Virus record (IMG/VR): IMGVR_UViG_3300047553_000257 | Span: 1-56,916 of that record | Reading direction: 5' to 3' (one strand) | DNA length: 56,916 bases | DNA from: a virus | Lineage: Duplodnaviria > Caudoviricetes | In this document: positions 13,927-22,080 of the stretch, in pieces | How positions within the stretch are numbered: position 1 is the stretch's first letter | How the letters are laid out: each line of letters starts with the position of its first letter | Position numbers and translations under genes: made by a program | The notes under the pieces: generated by a model | The model's database searches: none | Seen by the model: only the letters and a program-made list of their open reading frames with translations | What the model was told of the DNA's origin: nothing

Positions 13927-14512
13927 GCATCGACCTTTCACACTCTGCAAACATCTCGTCGATCAGCTCCTTTGTTAGAGGCTCACTCGAGTAGCTGTTA
14001 CGCAGCGGATACTTATACCAATCCAGCGTGAAGCCTGTTGGCTTAAACAAGAAGTTAGGCTGGATCAAAGCACACGTTTCCGCATGCTCGTTCTCTGACC
14101 TCCACGCAACCCAATCATTCTGGTAGTCACATGTGCAATGAACCGCGCATCCAGATGGGTAAGACAGGCCATACTTCCAGCAAAGAGCTTCGATTAATGC
14201 CTTCCCTTCTTTCGAAAAGAACTTGTGTGTGTCACCGATCTTGCGGTACTCAAACTGGTAACAGGTCTCTGAGTGCTTGTGATCCTCACACCACTGCCAC
14301 TCTTTCTTGTCGTAGCCACAGGTGCAATCGCCCCAGTAGTAGGTCTGCATGCGAAAGACGTCGTTCTCATAGAAACTCCACGCCCAGTCCCTTTTGTTGC
14401 CATATGAGTCAAAGCCTAGCTTCTCCATCCAGCGAACAAACTGCTCTTCTAGGTAGCGGTCGACCTCATACTCGCCGCGACTGTTGCCAAAGAGTAAATT
14501 ACCCAGTTCCAT
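13916..14512 (-). CDS. Cys/His-rich hypothetical protein
   Basis: Two CTC...H..TC motifs; AAGGAG SD before MELGNLLFG. Confidence 0.7.
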   Translation of the reverse strand: MELGNLLFGNSRGEYEVDRYLEEQFVRWMEKLGFDSYGNKRDWAWSFYENDVFRMQTYYWGDCTCGYDKKEWQWCEDHKHSETCYQFEYRKIGDTHKFFSKEGKALIEALCWKYGLSYPSGCAVHCTCDYQNDWVAWRSENEHAETCALIQPNFLFKPTGFTLDWYKYPLRNSYSSEPLTKELIDEMFAECERSMREG

Positions 14513-14522
14513 ACCCGTCTCC

Positions 14523-14942
14523 TTAGTATTTCTTGCCGCCATCCTTCATGCGGTTCTCGATCTTATGATCATCGCGGCTCATGTTGTAGAGGATCTTTTC
14601 GATAATAGCGTCACCAATGTTAAAGCCCTTTGCCGCAGCCAGATCAAAGATCCGGATGACGGCATCAGCGAGCTCGACCTCTAGGCCTGAGCGATGCGGA
14701 AGCTTGTCGTCCATCAATCCCTTGCGGTCCGCCTCCATTGCCTCTGCTACTTCACTGACGATGAGCATTAGCACTTCGCCGACATTGCGTGTCTCATGCG
14801 TTGACTGACCGGTCTTAAGATCCGTCCACCAGCCAGCGGCTTTGTTGATATCAAAGATCGTGCGTGACAGTGCCGTCACCACTGATGCGTAAAGGAAAAT
14901 AGCTTCATGCGACTTTCCGCCGTCAGTTAGTGGGTCAATCAT
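14523..14942 (-). CDS. MazG-like nucleotide pyrophosphohydrolase
   Basis: LIVSEVAEAMEADRK...EVELADAVIRIFD (ExxE...ExxD). Confidence 0.85.
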   Translation of the reverse strand: MIDPLTDGGKSHEAIFLYASVVTALSRTIFDINKAAGWWTDLKTGQSTHETRNVGEVLMLIVSEVAEAMEADRKGLMDDKLPHRSGLEVELADAVIRIFDLAAAKGFNIGDAIIEKILYNMSRDDHKIENRMKDGGKKY

Positions 14943-15271
14943 GTGTTATATGCCTTCCGTTCTAGACGCAGCGTTGCCGCCTTTGTTCTCCAATACTCGA
15001 ATGCGACCTCTCTCGCCTTCAGCTCTGCCTTGGCATAGGCAAGGTCACCCTTGGCTACGCCATGCTCTAGTCGCGCCGCATAGACCGCATCACTTTCGTC
15101 TGCGTACCTTGCTTGCGCGGCTGCACTCTTGTTGCCGTTCATCTCGCCCTCGAGCATCGCCTTAGCGATGACGCGCTTGACGTCAGCCTCTGTCTTAAGG
15201 ACGCGATACTCTGCATCCCTAAGCATGATGGCGACCTCGCGGATATCTTGTGCGAAGTTTTCTTCAGTCAT
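14939..15271 (-). CDS. Helical protein, possibly a UvsY-like recombination mediator
   Basis: Coiled-coil with C-terminal FEYWRT..A..R; function is a guess. Confidence 0.45.
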   Translation of the reverse strand: MTEENFAQDIREVAIMLRDAEYRVLKTEADVKRVIAKAMLEGEMNGNKSAAAQARYADESDAVYAARLEHGVAKGDLAYAKAELKAREVAFEYWRTKAATLRLERKAYNT

Positions 15272-15518
15272 CTTCGCCAACCATCATGCGGATGTGTTCC
15301 ATCTTCGCGATCTCGAGCGTCGAGATGATGTCGGGGATGTAGGCTTCCGTAGATGCCATGAACAGTCCGCCGTTCTTCCTCCAGCCGACAAGGAACAACG
15401 TGTCAAACGTCTGCGCCTCGTCGAGTGCTGCGGTCAGGATTACTTCTGGGGGTATTCTTTCGAAGGTGATGTCTGGCCCTCCCTTGGGAAAGCGGATCAC
15501 GTTGTCTTCATCGCTCAT
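15264..15518 (-). CDS. Hypothetical protein
   Basis: Coupled in operon; NVIRFP motif. Confidence 0.7.
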   Translation of the reverse strand: MSDEDNVIRFPKGGPDITFERIPPEVILTAALDEAQTFDTLFLVGWRKNGGLFMASTEAYIPDIISTLEIAKMEHIRMMVGEDD

Positions 15519-17347
15519 ATAAATTCCTCTTCCATATCAACAGCCACAACTGGCTGAGAAAAACTCACATACTTTCGCGGCTGCTCTCCGCGCTTACCAA
15601 TAAACTGCATTGCCTTCCCGCCCCAGTACGTTCCGACCCAACCTTCCCACTCACCATTGCGCTGCTTGCTGCAGGTGAGGCGTGAGTCGGGTGCGGCCAC
15701 AAGCTCAGGCGGAACTGGCTCATACTCGCTGAGCTCCGACATCTCGCGCTCTTTCTTTTTGTTGCGCCAGATCGTGAGGACAGTGTCCGCCAAGTCGGTA
15801 ATAGAGCCGGAGCCCTTCACATCCATCTTGCCGGTTGGGGTTTCCTCGTTCTCGCCCTTCCGCGAGTGAGTGACTAAGAACACTGTGGTTCCAGTCGTGT
15901 TCTTGAAATCGCATAGCTCCTCCATAAATCGTTTCTGAGCACTGTAATCGTCGTCGTCGATACCACATTTCGACATGTTGTCTATGAAGAAAACATCAAT
16001 GCCATACTTTTTCCGTGCATAACGGAACACCTCAAGCATCTTAGTTGTCTTCGCTGTGCCAACAAGATCAAAGAGCCACAGCTTCTGCGCATACCAGTCG
16101 ATGCATGCGTTGGCATATGCCAGCGTTGGGTCTCCTGTCGCTATGCCTGCGGCCTGTCTGGTTAGTCGTGTGAGCAAACGACGCGCTGGCATTTCCATCG
16201 ATGCGATGCACACGCGCTTGCTCTGAACCATTGCATCAAGAGCGAACTGACCAGCTAGCTGTGACTTACCGTGTCCGTTTACACCGTTCAGGATCACGAG
16301 CTCCGCATCGCGGAACCGCAAGTTGCCTTCAAGATCTTCGAGCAATGGCTGAAAGCCACGGCTGTCTTGGTCGTTGTTGTACAGCTCGCGAAGGATGTCC
16401 TCGCGATAGTCTGTTGCGCAACGCAGCTCTTCCGGATCGTAGCCAGCAGCCAAGTCGCGGATTGCTTTGATGTCCACGCCAGCTAAAAGGCACTCGTTGA
16501 GATCCTTATGCGGCAACGAAGCTCGTATACAGCGGTGGATGCCAAGCCTGTCAGCAATCTCTCGAGCCGCGAGCTCGCCCTCTTCATCCATGTCCAGCGC
16601 CAGCACGATAGTTTCGAAGCGCTCGAGGTTGTCGAACTCGTTCTCGATCCATTGCTGCTTCGCACCCTTACCGCCGCCGAAGGGAACAGACATCGCCGAC
16701 ACGCCCATCTGGTATGCGGCCATAGCGTCGAATTCACCCTCAGTGATCCATATCTCTCGAGCATTTGGATCAACTGCTTGCCAGCCGAAAAGGCATGGCA
16801 TCTGCCCTGCGGATGTCGGACCCTGCTTCTTCTTGTCCTTGGTGTCGCGGAACTTGATCATCTGCGCATCGCCCTTGGGGTCCAAGAACGGGAACAGGAT
16901 GCGAGATCCCTCCGCAGCCACCTTAAACGCCTTCAGGGTTTCTTCTGTCAGCCCCCGCTGTGCGCAGTAGTCCAAGACCTCGTTGCTGTCAGTGACCTTC
17001 TTCAGACCAGCGGGTTTTGCTGGTGCTTGGTATTCCTTCTGCGTTGTGACGAATGATGGGCGCTCGACACCAAGCCACAAGCGGATTTCATCCATCGCTT
17101 CGATCAAGCTCAAGTTATGTACTGCACGCCAGAGGTCGACCAAGTCGCCACCACTCTCTCCCGTTGAGAAGTCGCTCCACACACCAGCCTTTGGGCCAGA
17201 CATGTGGACGCGCAATGACTGCCCCTTCTCCCCGCCTAGTCCGCCGACGCAGTACTCAGCGCCGTTAATAACTCCTGCTGGCATGAGATGCCGCAGCGTT
17301 GGAAGCATGTTGCCGTTGAGGCGCTCCGATAGTTCCCGTAAATCCAT
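15515..17347 (-). CDS. Bifunctional primase-helicase (T7 gp4/Twinkle-like)
   Basis: TOPRIM ITEGEFDAM and LDMDEEG; SF4 helicase GVNGHGKS, FFIDN, LVTHSRK, KGSGSITDLAD, KQRNG. Confidence 0.92.
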   Translation of the reverse strand: MDLRELSERLNGNMLPTLRHLMPAGVINGAEYCVGGLGGEKGQSLRVHMSGPKAGVWSDFSTGESGGDLVDLWRAVHNLSLIEAMDEIRLWLGVERPSFVTTQKEYQAPAKPAGLKKVTDSNEVLDYCAQRGLTEETLKAFKVAAEGSRILFPFLDPKGDAQMIKFRDTKDKKKQGPTSAGQMPCLFGWQAVDPNAREIWITEGEFDAMAAYQMGVSAMSVPFGGGKGAKQQWIENEFDNLERFETIVLALDMDEEGELAAREIADRLGIHRCIRASLPHKDLNECLLAGVDIKAIRDLAAGYDPEELRCATDYREDILRELYNNDQDSRGFQPLLEDLEGNLRFRDAELVILNGVNGHGKSQLAGQFALDAMVQSKRVCIASMEMPARRLLTRLTRQAAGIATGDPTLAYANACIDWYAQKLWLFDLVGTAKTTKMLEVFRYARKKYGIDVFFIDNMSKCGIDDDDYSAQKRFMEELCDFKNTTGTTVFLVTHSRKGENEETPTGKMDVKGSGSITDLADTVLTIWRNKKKEREMSELSEYEPVPPELVAAPDSRLTCSKQRNGEWEGWVGTYWGGKAMQFIGKRGEQPRKYVSFSQPVVAVDMEEEFI

Positions 17348-17348
17348 T

Positions 17349-18209
17349 TCAGTAGCTCCGTTCGCTCTTACCGTTCACTGCTTGATCCAGTGCTTCGATC
17401 TCTGCCTTCATCGCCTTAAGCGAATCCCACAGCGCTTGATTGTCCTTCTCTCGCCGACATCTATCGAGAAGCATTTCTTTCTTGTAGCGAAGATCTTCTA
17501 GCTTCTCGCGTGCCTGCTTGAAAGACATGCCAGCCATTGGGTTTGTCATTGCGCTTGGCTTGCGGAAGCTGCGCCGTACCCAGTTGCGCCACGTAGCAAG
17601 CCAGTCGGTCTTCACACCCTTCGCTCCGCCGACAGCAATCCAGTAGTCGCGGAACTCATTAGCAGTCGCCGACACATCACTATCCGACCATCCCTTGTCC
17701 GCCTTCGCGAACTCTCGCCATTCCTCTGGAAGAACCCAATCAGCAGGTAGGCGCGTCCCACGCGCTATACCTTTCTTTTCTTCTTTCCCTTCTTTCCCTT
17801 CTTTCCCTTCTTCTGTAGTGGGTTGAGGCTGGGTTAGATCTGGGTTAGTTGTGGGTTGTTCACTGGGTTGCTCAGTGGGGGCGCAACCCTGAAAACGACT
17901 GTATTTACAGATGTTTAGCTGGGTTACCCCACGGGTTGGTACGCGGGTTATCTTTTGGTCCCGCTCGAGTTGCTTCAGAAACGTGCGAACACGCTGTCTC
18001 TCCCACTTCCATGTGTCGGCGAGCGAGCGTTCGGACAGCATTACCTGTCCGCGCTGCACGAAGAAGCGCTCACCGTTGAACCATTGATAATGATCTTCGA
18101 AAGCGGCCTCGTGGATTAACCACTCCCATGCCGCACGCTTACAGAAAGCCTCGTTGCGAAATAGATCATCGTCCATCCAGCCGCGATGCATCTTGTACCA
18201 ACCACTCAT
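17349..18209 (-). CDS. Phage replication initiator (wHTH N-terminus, DnaT-like C-terminal domain)
   Basis: MSGWYKMHR...RGQ...SLADTWKW..RVRTFLK; RGTRLPADW...EFRDYW...KTDWLATWRNWVR. Confidence 0.8.
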   Translation of the reverse strand: MSGWYKMHRGWMDDDLFRNEAFCKRAAWEWLIHEAAFEDHYQWFNGERFFVQRGQVMLSERSLADTWKWERQRVRTFLKQLERDQKITRVPTRGVTQLNICKYSRFQGCAPTEQPSEQPTTNPDLTQPQPTTEEGKEGKEGKEEKKGIARGTRLPADWVLPEEWREFAKADKGWSDSDVSATANEFRDYWIAVGGAKGVKTDWLATWRNWVRRSFRKPSAMTNPMAGMSFKQAREKLEDLRYKKEMLLDRCRREKDNQALWDSLKAMKAEIEALDQAVNGKSERSY

Positions 18210-18320
18210 AAAAATTCCTTTCGAACCTGTTTCGTTTGCCTAATACGACGGCAGGCCACGCGAAGGTTGAAAGGGTTTCGCAAGGCAAACATGGCTTTTC
18301 GGGAGCTACCCTAGCCGTCG
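18207..18320 (-). ncRNA. Candidate cis-regulatory leader RNA of the replication initiator
   Basis: Multi-stem core plus two potential pseudoknots, one covering the AAAGGA SD. Confidence 0.55.
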
Positions 18321-18474
18321 CAACGCTGTACATATTTCCGCTTTTCGAATTGCGCAAGAGGAAATGTGTTGGCGTTCTGCATGTGGTGTGCATAAGTTTT
18401 CTGCGCGGCTTTATATGTGTAGTGCAGAAATGACACAGCCGTAAACTTTTTCCACATGTTTCGGAACACAGGAA

Positions 18475-18502
18475 TTGACGTTGGAAAAATAGTCTCTATG
18501 TT
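18475..18502 (+). promoter_or_regulatory. Putative promoter of the recombination operon
   Basis: TTGACG-N16-TATGTT. Confidence 0.4.
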
Positions 18503-18544
18503 GTGCATCGACACGACGATGCGTGTTCGCAGAAAGGAATGTAT

Positions 18545-19180
18545 ATGGAGACTGCTTCAGATCCCAAGACGAAGACCGTTTGGGAAACTCTCTCAGCCAT
18601 CAACGTCAATGAGAACATCGAGAAGAAGAATGGCTTCTCGTATCTGTCATGGTCGTGGGCGTGGGCTACGCTGATGAATCACTACCCCGAAGCTGAGTTC
18701 TGGTTCGAGAACCAGCGGGTCGAGGAGATTGATCAGAATAACGAAGGTGTTATCCGCTATCCGGATGGCACCGCTGAGGTTCGTTGCACGCTTACTGTTG
18801 AAGACATCACCCACACAATGTGGTTGCCAGTGATGGACTACAAGAACCAAGCCATCAAGAACCCGAATGCACGCGACATCAATGACGCAAAGATGCGCTG
18901 CCTCGTAAAGGCGATGTCACTGTTTGGTCTTGGTCTCTACATCTACGCTGGTGAGGATCTTCCTGACGCCAGCAAGCAGAAGCCTGCTCCTGTTCCAGAG
19001 ACTGGTATGGTTGACGATAAGGTTCAGCTACTGAAGGCTGTCACTGATGCCGCAACCCTCGATGATCTGAAGGCGGCGTTCACCAAGGCTAGTAAGTACG
19101 CACGCAATCGCAATGATGACGTGCTCTTGGCGGAGATCACGAAGACTAAGGACGCACGCAAAGCCGCGCTGTCTAAGTAA
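18545..19180 (+). CDS. sak: Sak (Rad52-like, DUF1071) single-strand annealing protein
   Basis: EKKNGFSYLSWSWAW...LPVMD...MRCLVKA..LFGLGLYIYAGEDLP. Confidence 0.88.
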   Translation: METASDPKTKTVWETLSAINVNENIEKKNGFSYLSWSWAWATLMNHYPEAEFWFENQRVEEIDQNNEGVIRYPDGTAEVRCTLTVEDITHTMWLPVMDYKNQAIKNPNARDINDAKMRCLVKAMSLFGLGLYIYAGEDLPDASKQKPAPVPETGMVDDKVQLLKAVTDAATLDDLKAAFTKASKYARNRNDDVLLAEITKTKDARKAALSK

Positions 19181-19191
19181 GGATCGATTGA

Positions 19192-20094
19192 ATGGAACAG
19201 AGAAGTGACGAGTGGTTCAAGGCGCGTGTAGGCGTCATCACTGGAAGTCGTGTCGGCGGTATCCTTGGGGTTAACCCATTCCAGAAGGCTGAAGATGTGA
19301 TGCGCGACATGGTTCGTGAGCACTTCGGAGCTGATAAGGAATTCACTGGCAACGCCGCCACAAATCATGGCGAGCGGATGGAGCCTGTGGCCTTGGCTCA
19401 CTACGAGTCTGTGGCTGGTGTCACAGTTACGCAGACAGGCATTGTTAAGCACGATGACTACGAATGGCTTGGTGCATCACCTGATGGACTGATCGGTCTT
19501 GATGGTGGCTTGGAGATCAAATGTCCGTACTGGGCTAAGAAGCCCTACTCCGTACACGAAAAGCCAAGCTATTACGCGCAGTGCCAGCACGTCATGGAGG
19601 TGTGTGATCTGCAGTGGATGGACTTCTTCTGCTACATCAGAGAAGATCTGTACTTGCTAGAGCGACTGGAACGGAATCCGACTTGGTTCGCCGACAACTT
19701 TCCAAAGCTTGAAGCGTTCCACAAAAAGTACCTCGAGACAATCGCAGATGAATCTAAGGCAAAGGTTTATCTCGATACGGAACTTGCTGTCGTATCAAAC
19801 GTGCGCAGTGAGTTGATGTCTGATCTCTTTCTTCAGATCAAGGAGAAGGAGGCGGAGATTGCCCCATTGAAGGAGGCATACGAAGCTCTCAAAAAGGAAT
19901 TGGGCTCTGAGTTCGGCTCCTTCCGGACGGGCCGCATTGAGGTCTTGAAGGTAGAGAAGAAAGGGGCGGTAGATCATGCCGCCATTTATAAAGCCGTAGA
20001 CGTTGACAGTCTGCTAGCTGCAAAGGGTAAGTCCGTTGAAGCTTTCAGAAAAGATCCTGTCATCAGCTACATTGTCAAAAGCGCAAAGGATTGA
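19192..20094 (+). CDS. YqaJ/lambda-exonuclease family nuclease
   Basis: QRSDEWFKAR...ITGS...HG..MEP...LGASPDG...LEIKCP...YYAQCQ. Confidence 0.9.
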   Translation: MEQRSDEWFKARVGVITGSRVGGILGVNPFQKAEDVMRDMVREHFGADKEFTGNAATNHGERMEPVALAHYESVAGVTVTQTGIVKHDDYEWLGASPDGLIGLDGGLEIKCPYWAKKPYSVHEKPSYYAQCQHVMEVCDLQWMDFFCYIREDLYLLERLERNPTWFADNFPKLEAFHKKYLETIADESKAKVYLDTELAVVSNVRSELMSDLFLQIKEKEAEIAPLKEAYEALKKELGSEFGSFRTGRIEVLKVEKKGAVDHAAIYKAVDVDSLLAAKGKSVEAFRKDPVISYIVKSAKD

Positions 20095-20095
20095 C

Positions 20096-20278
20096 ATGGG
20101 ACGACCTAGAAAAGACCACCAGAACCGTCTGGTGCAAACAACGATTGACGACGTGATGTATCGCGCACTGTGCGAGATGTCCATTAAAGAAGACCGGCCT
20201 ATCGCAAGCGTCGTGCGACAGGCAATTAACCTATACATTGCTCACATAGATCGTGTGCGCAAAGTAGAACTACCATAA
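20096..20278 (+). CDS. Ribbon-helix-helix DNA-binding protein
   Basis: GRPR...VQTTIDDVMYRALCEMS...IASVVRQAINLY. Confidence 0.7.
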   Translation: MGRPRKDHQNRLVQTTIDDVMYRALCEMSIKEDRPIASVVRQAINLYIAHIDRVRKVELP

Positions 20279-20291
20279 GAAAGGCACAAGG

Positions 20292-20588
20292 ATGGCTTAC
20301 GAACAAAAACCAAATACGTTTTCTCTTTTCCGCGACAGCGATGAGCGCATCGAGGAACGCAAGAAGTTCTATCGCGAGAAGGATTGGGATCCAGAGGGCG
20401 TTCCTATCTACAGCGGCAGGATGCTGCTCGAGAACGGTGAAGAGCTGAACATCGAAGCTCGCGTAATCGACGGTGCGAAGGGCAAGTTCTTTGCCGGTCG
20501 TGTGTGGAAGAAGAAGCTTGTTGATGCACCAGCGCAGCGTCATGCTCCGCCAGCACAAGACGATCTTGAGGACGATGTTCCTTTTTAA
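20292..20588 (+). CDS. Single-stranded DNA-binding protein
   Basis: Follows sak and exo; beta-rich core; acidic DDLEDDVPF tail. Confidence 0.75.
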   Translation: MAYEQKPNTFSLFRDSDERIEERKKFYREKDWDPEGVPIYSGRMLLENGEELNIEARVIDGAKGKFFAGRVWKKKLVDAPAQRHAPPAQDDLEDDVPF

Positions 20589-20602
20589 TGAATAACAAAT
20601 TT

Positions 20603-20630
20603 GGAGGGGTGGCTTTGGTCACCCCTTCTT
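20603..20630 (+). terminator. Stem-loop after SSB
   Basis: GGAGGGGTGGC-TTTG-GTCACCCCTTC. Confidence 0.45.
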
Positions 20631-20731
20631 AGGTAAATGGAATGACACTGCTGATGCTCTCTTACTTAAAAATACAGTAACTTGGCTTTGGGCTAGAAGG
20701 CGTTTCCTTAAATATTGAGGTTCTTTAACTG

Positions 20732-21085
20732 ATGTTGGTGATTGTTAGAAACGAGGGATCTCTTGTTTATGGAGGCGAGAACCTGACGGAAAACTTGGAG
20801 CAGACCTTTGACCACGCAATTGGTGTGCGGAGGATCGGACATAGCGCGGCTGGTGAGTTTGCTGAGATCTCCGTTAAGCGTGCAGATGGATCAGAGGTAG
20901 TCTTCCAACTAGATCATGAACGCAAGGAGTATACCGTCGACGGTATCGTCGTGGTTGCGCTCGTTGGCTTTATAAAATGGAAGGCTGAGGAACGCGAGCG
21001 GCGGAAGCCAGCAGTTCGTCTGGGGTTTGATGCTCCCCGCTCCTACAGATTGGTACGGGATAACGCTATAAAACGAACCGAATAA
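20732..21085 (+). CDS. CsrA/RsmA-like protein, extended
   Basis: N-terminal MLVIVRNEG and C-terminal VRLGFDAPRSYRLVR resemble CsrA MLILTRRVG and VRIGVNAPKEVSVHR. Confidence 0.65.
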   Translation: MLVIVRNEGSLVYGGENLTENLEQTFDHAIGVRRIGHSAAGEFAEISVKRADGSEVVFQLDHERKEYTVDGIVVVALVGFIKWKAEERERRKPAVRLGFDAPRSYRLVRDNAIKRTE

Positions 21086-21120
21086 GTTTAATCATTTAGG
21101 TTGTGATCGGAATAGCTTGT

Positions 21121-21945
21121 ATGGAAAAGACTTGGAATGACGCCGCTGGGCGTTGGCTGAATGGACGGACCACTAAACACCTTAAGCAAGAGCAGCACTA
21201 TATAGAGGTGCTCTCGCATTACTTGGGTGGCCTGCCTCTTGGTCGTATCACAAAGGGGGTGTTGGCGGATCTTCGCGATGACATGCTGAAGACCCGCGCT
21301 GTATCTACCGTCAACCGTTACCTGACCGTGCTGCGGTCAGTGCTTAACATGGCGAGGGACGAGTGGGAATGGATCAACACTGTACCCAAGATCAAGAGAA
21401 TGGAAGAGACTTCGAGGGTTCGGTACATCGACAAGGACGAAGCCCGTCGCCTGATCAGAGAGCTGCCGTCACATCTGAAGGATAAGGTTATCTTCGCCCT
21501 CACCACTGGACTTCGGGACGCCAACGTCCGCGAGCTTCGCTGGGAAGAGGTTGACCTTGAGAACAGGATGGTGACGATTGTCGGCGAGAAAATGAAGAAC
21601 GGGAAGCCACTATCAATCCCTTTGAATGACACCGCATACGACGTTCTCTGGAAACGATTCAGGTCTAAGGACAAGAACGCTGAGTGGGTATTTGCATATG
21701 GCGGTAAGCCAGTGCAGCGTAGCAATACGAAAGCGTTTAGGAATGCTCTGAAGAGAGCTGGGATCGAGAACTTCAGATGGCACGACCTCCGGCATACGTG
21801 GGCCTCGTGGCATATCCAGAAGGGTACTCACACCGCCGCCGTTCGGGAGATGGGTGGTTGGTCTGATGACCGTATGGTTCAACGCTATGCGCATCTGTCT
21901 ACGGAGCACTTGCGCAAAGTGGCGGACAACGTCGGATCGCTGTAA
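21121..21945 (+). CDS. int: Tyrosine recombinase/integrase
   Basis: TTGLR, KMKNGK, HDLRHTWAS, GGW, VQRYAHL catalytic residues. Confidence 0.93.
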   Translation: MEKTWNDAAGRWLNGRTTKHLKQEQHYIEVLSHYLGGLPLGRITKGVLADLRDDMLKTRAVSTVNRYLTVLRSVLNMARDEWEWINTVPKIKRMEETSRVRYIDKDEARRLIRELPSHLKDKVIFALTTGLRDANVRELRWEEVDLENRMVTIVGEKMKNGKPLSIPLNDTAYDVLWKRFRSKDKNAEWVFAYGGKPVQRSNTKAFRNALKRAGIENFRWHDLRHTWASWHIQKGTHTAAVREMGGWSDDRMVQRYAHLSTEHLRKVADNVGSL

Positions 21946-21989
21946 GAAACAGCTTGCTGCTTTGGCGCTTGGACGATAAAACCTATGGG

Positions 21990-22024
21990 ACTGTGATACG
22001 CTTTGGAAGTCAGTGTATCACAGT
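21990..22024. repeat. 10-bp perfect inverted repeat downstream of the integrase
   Basis: ACTGTGATAC-N15-GTATCACAGT. Confidence 0.6.
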
Positions 22025-22035
22025 AACTTTTCAAG

Positions 22036-22080
22036 AATAAAAAGCCCCCGAACCATACTTGGAACGGGGGCTTTTTTATT
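22036..22080. terminator. Bidirectional intrinsic terminator
   Basis: AATAAAAAGCCCCCG...CGGGGGCTTTTTTATT between convergent genes. Confidence 0.8.

Noticed and set aside
12681-14942. 2-aminoadenine (Z) genome pathway
   Set aside because: No PurZ or dedicated DNA polymerase gene is visible.
18671-18680. Other CTGATGA occurrences (for example in sak and near 21863 in int) as hammerheads
   Set aside because: They lie inside coding regions and lack a correctly placed GAAA, stem III and NUH site.
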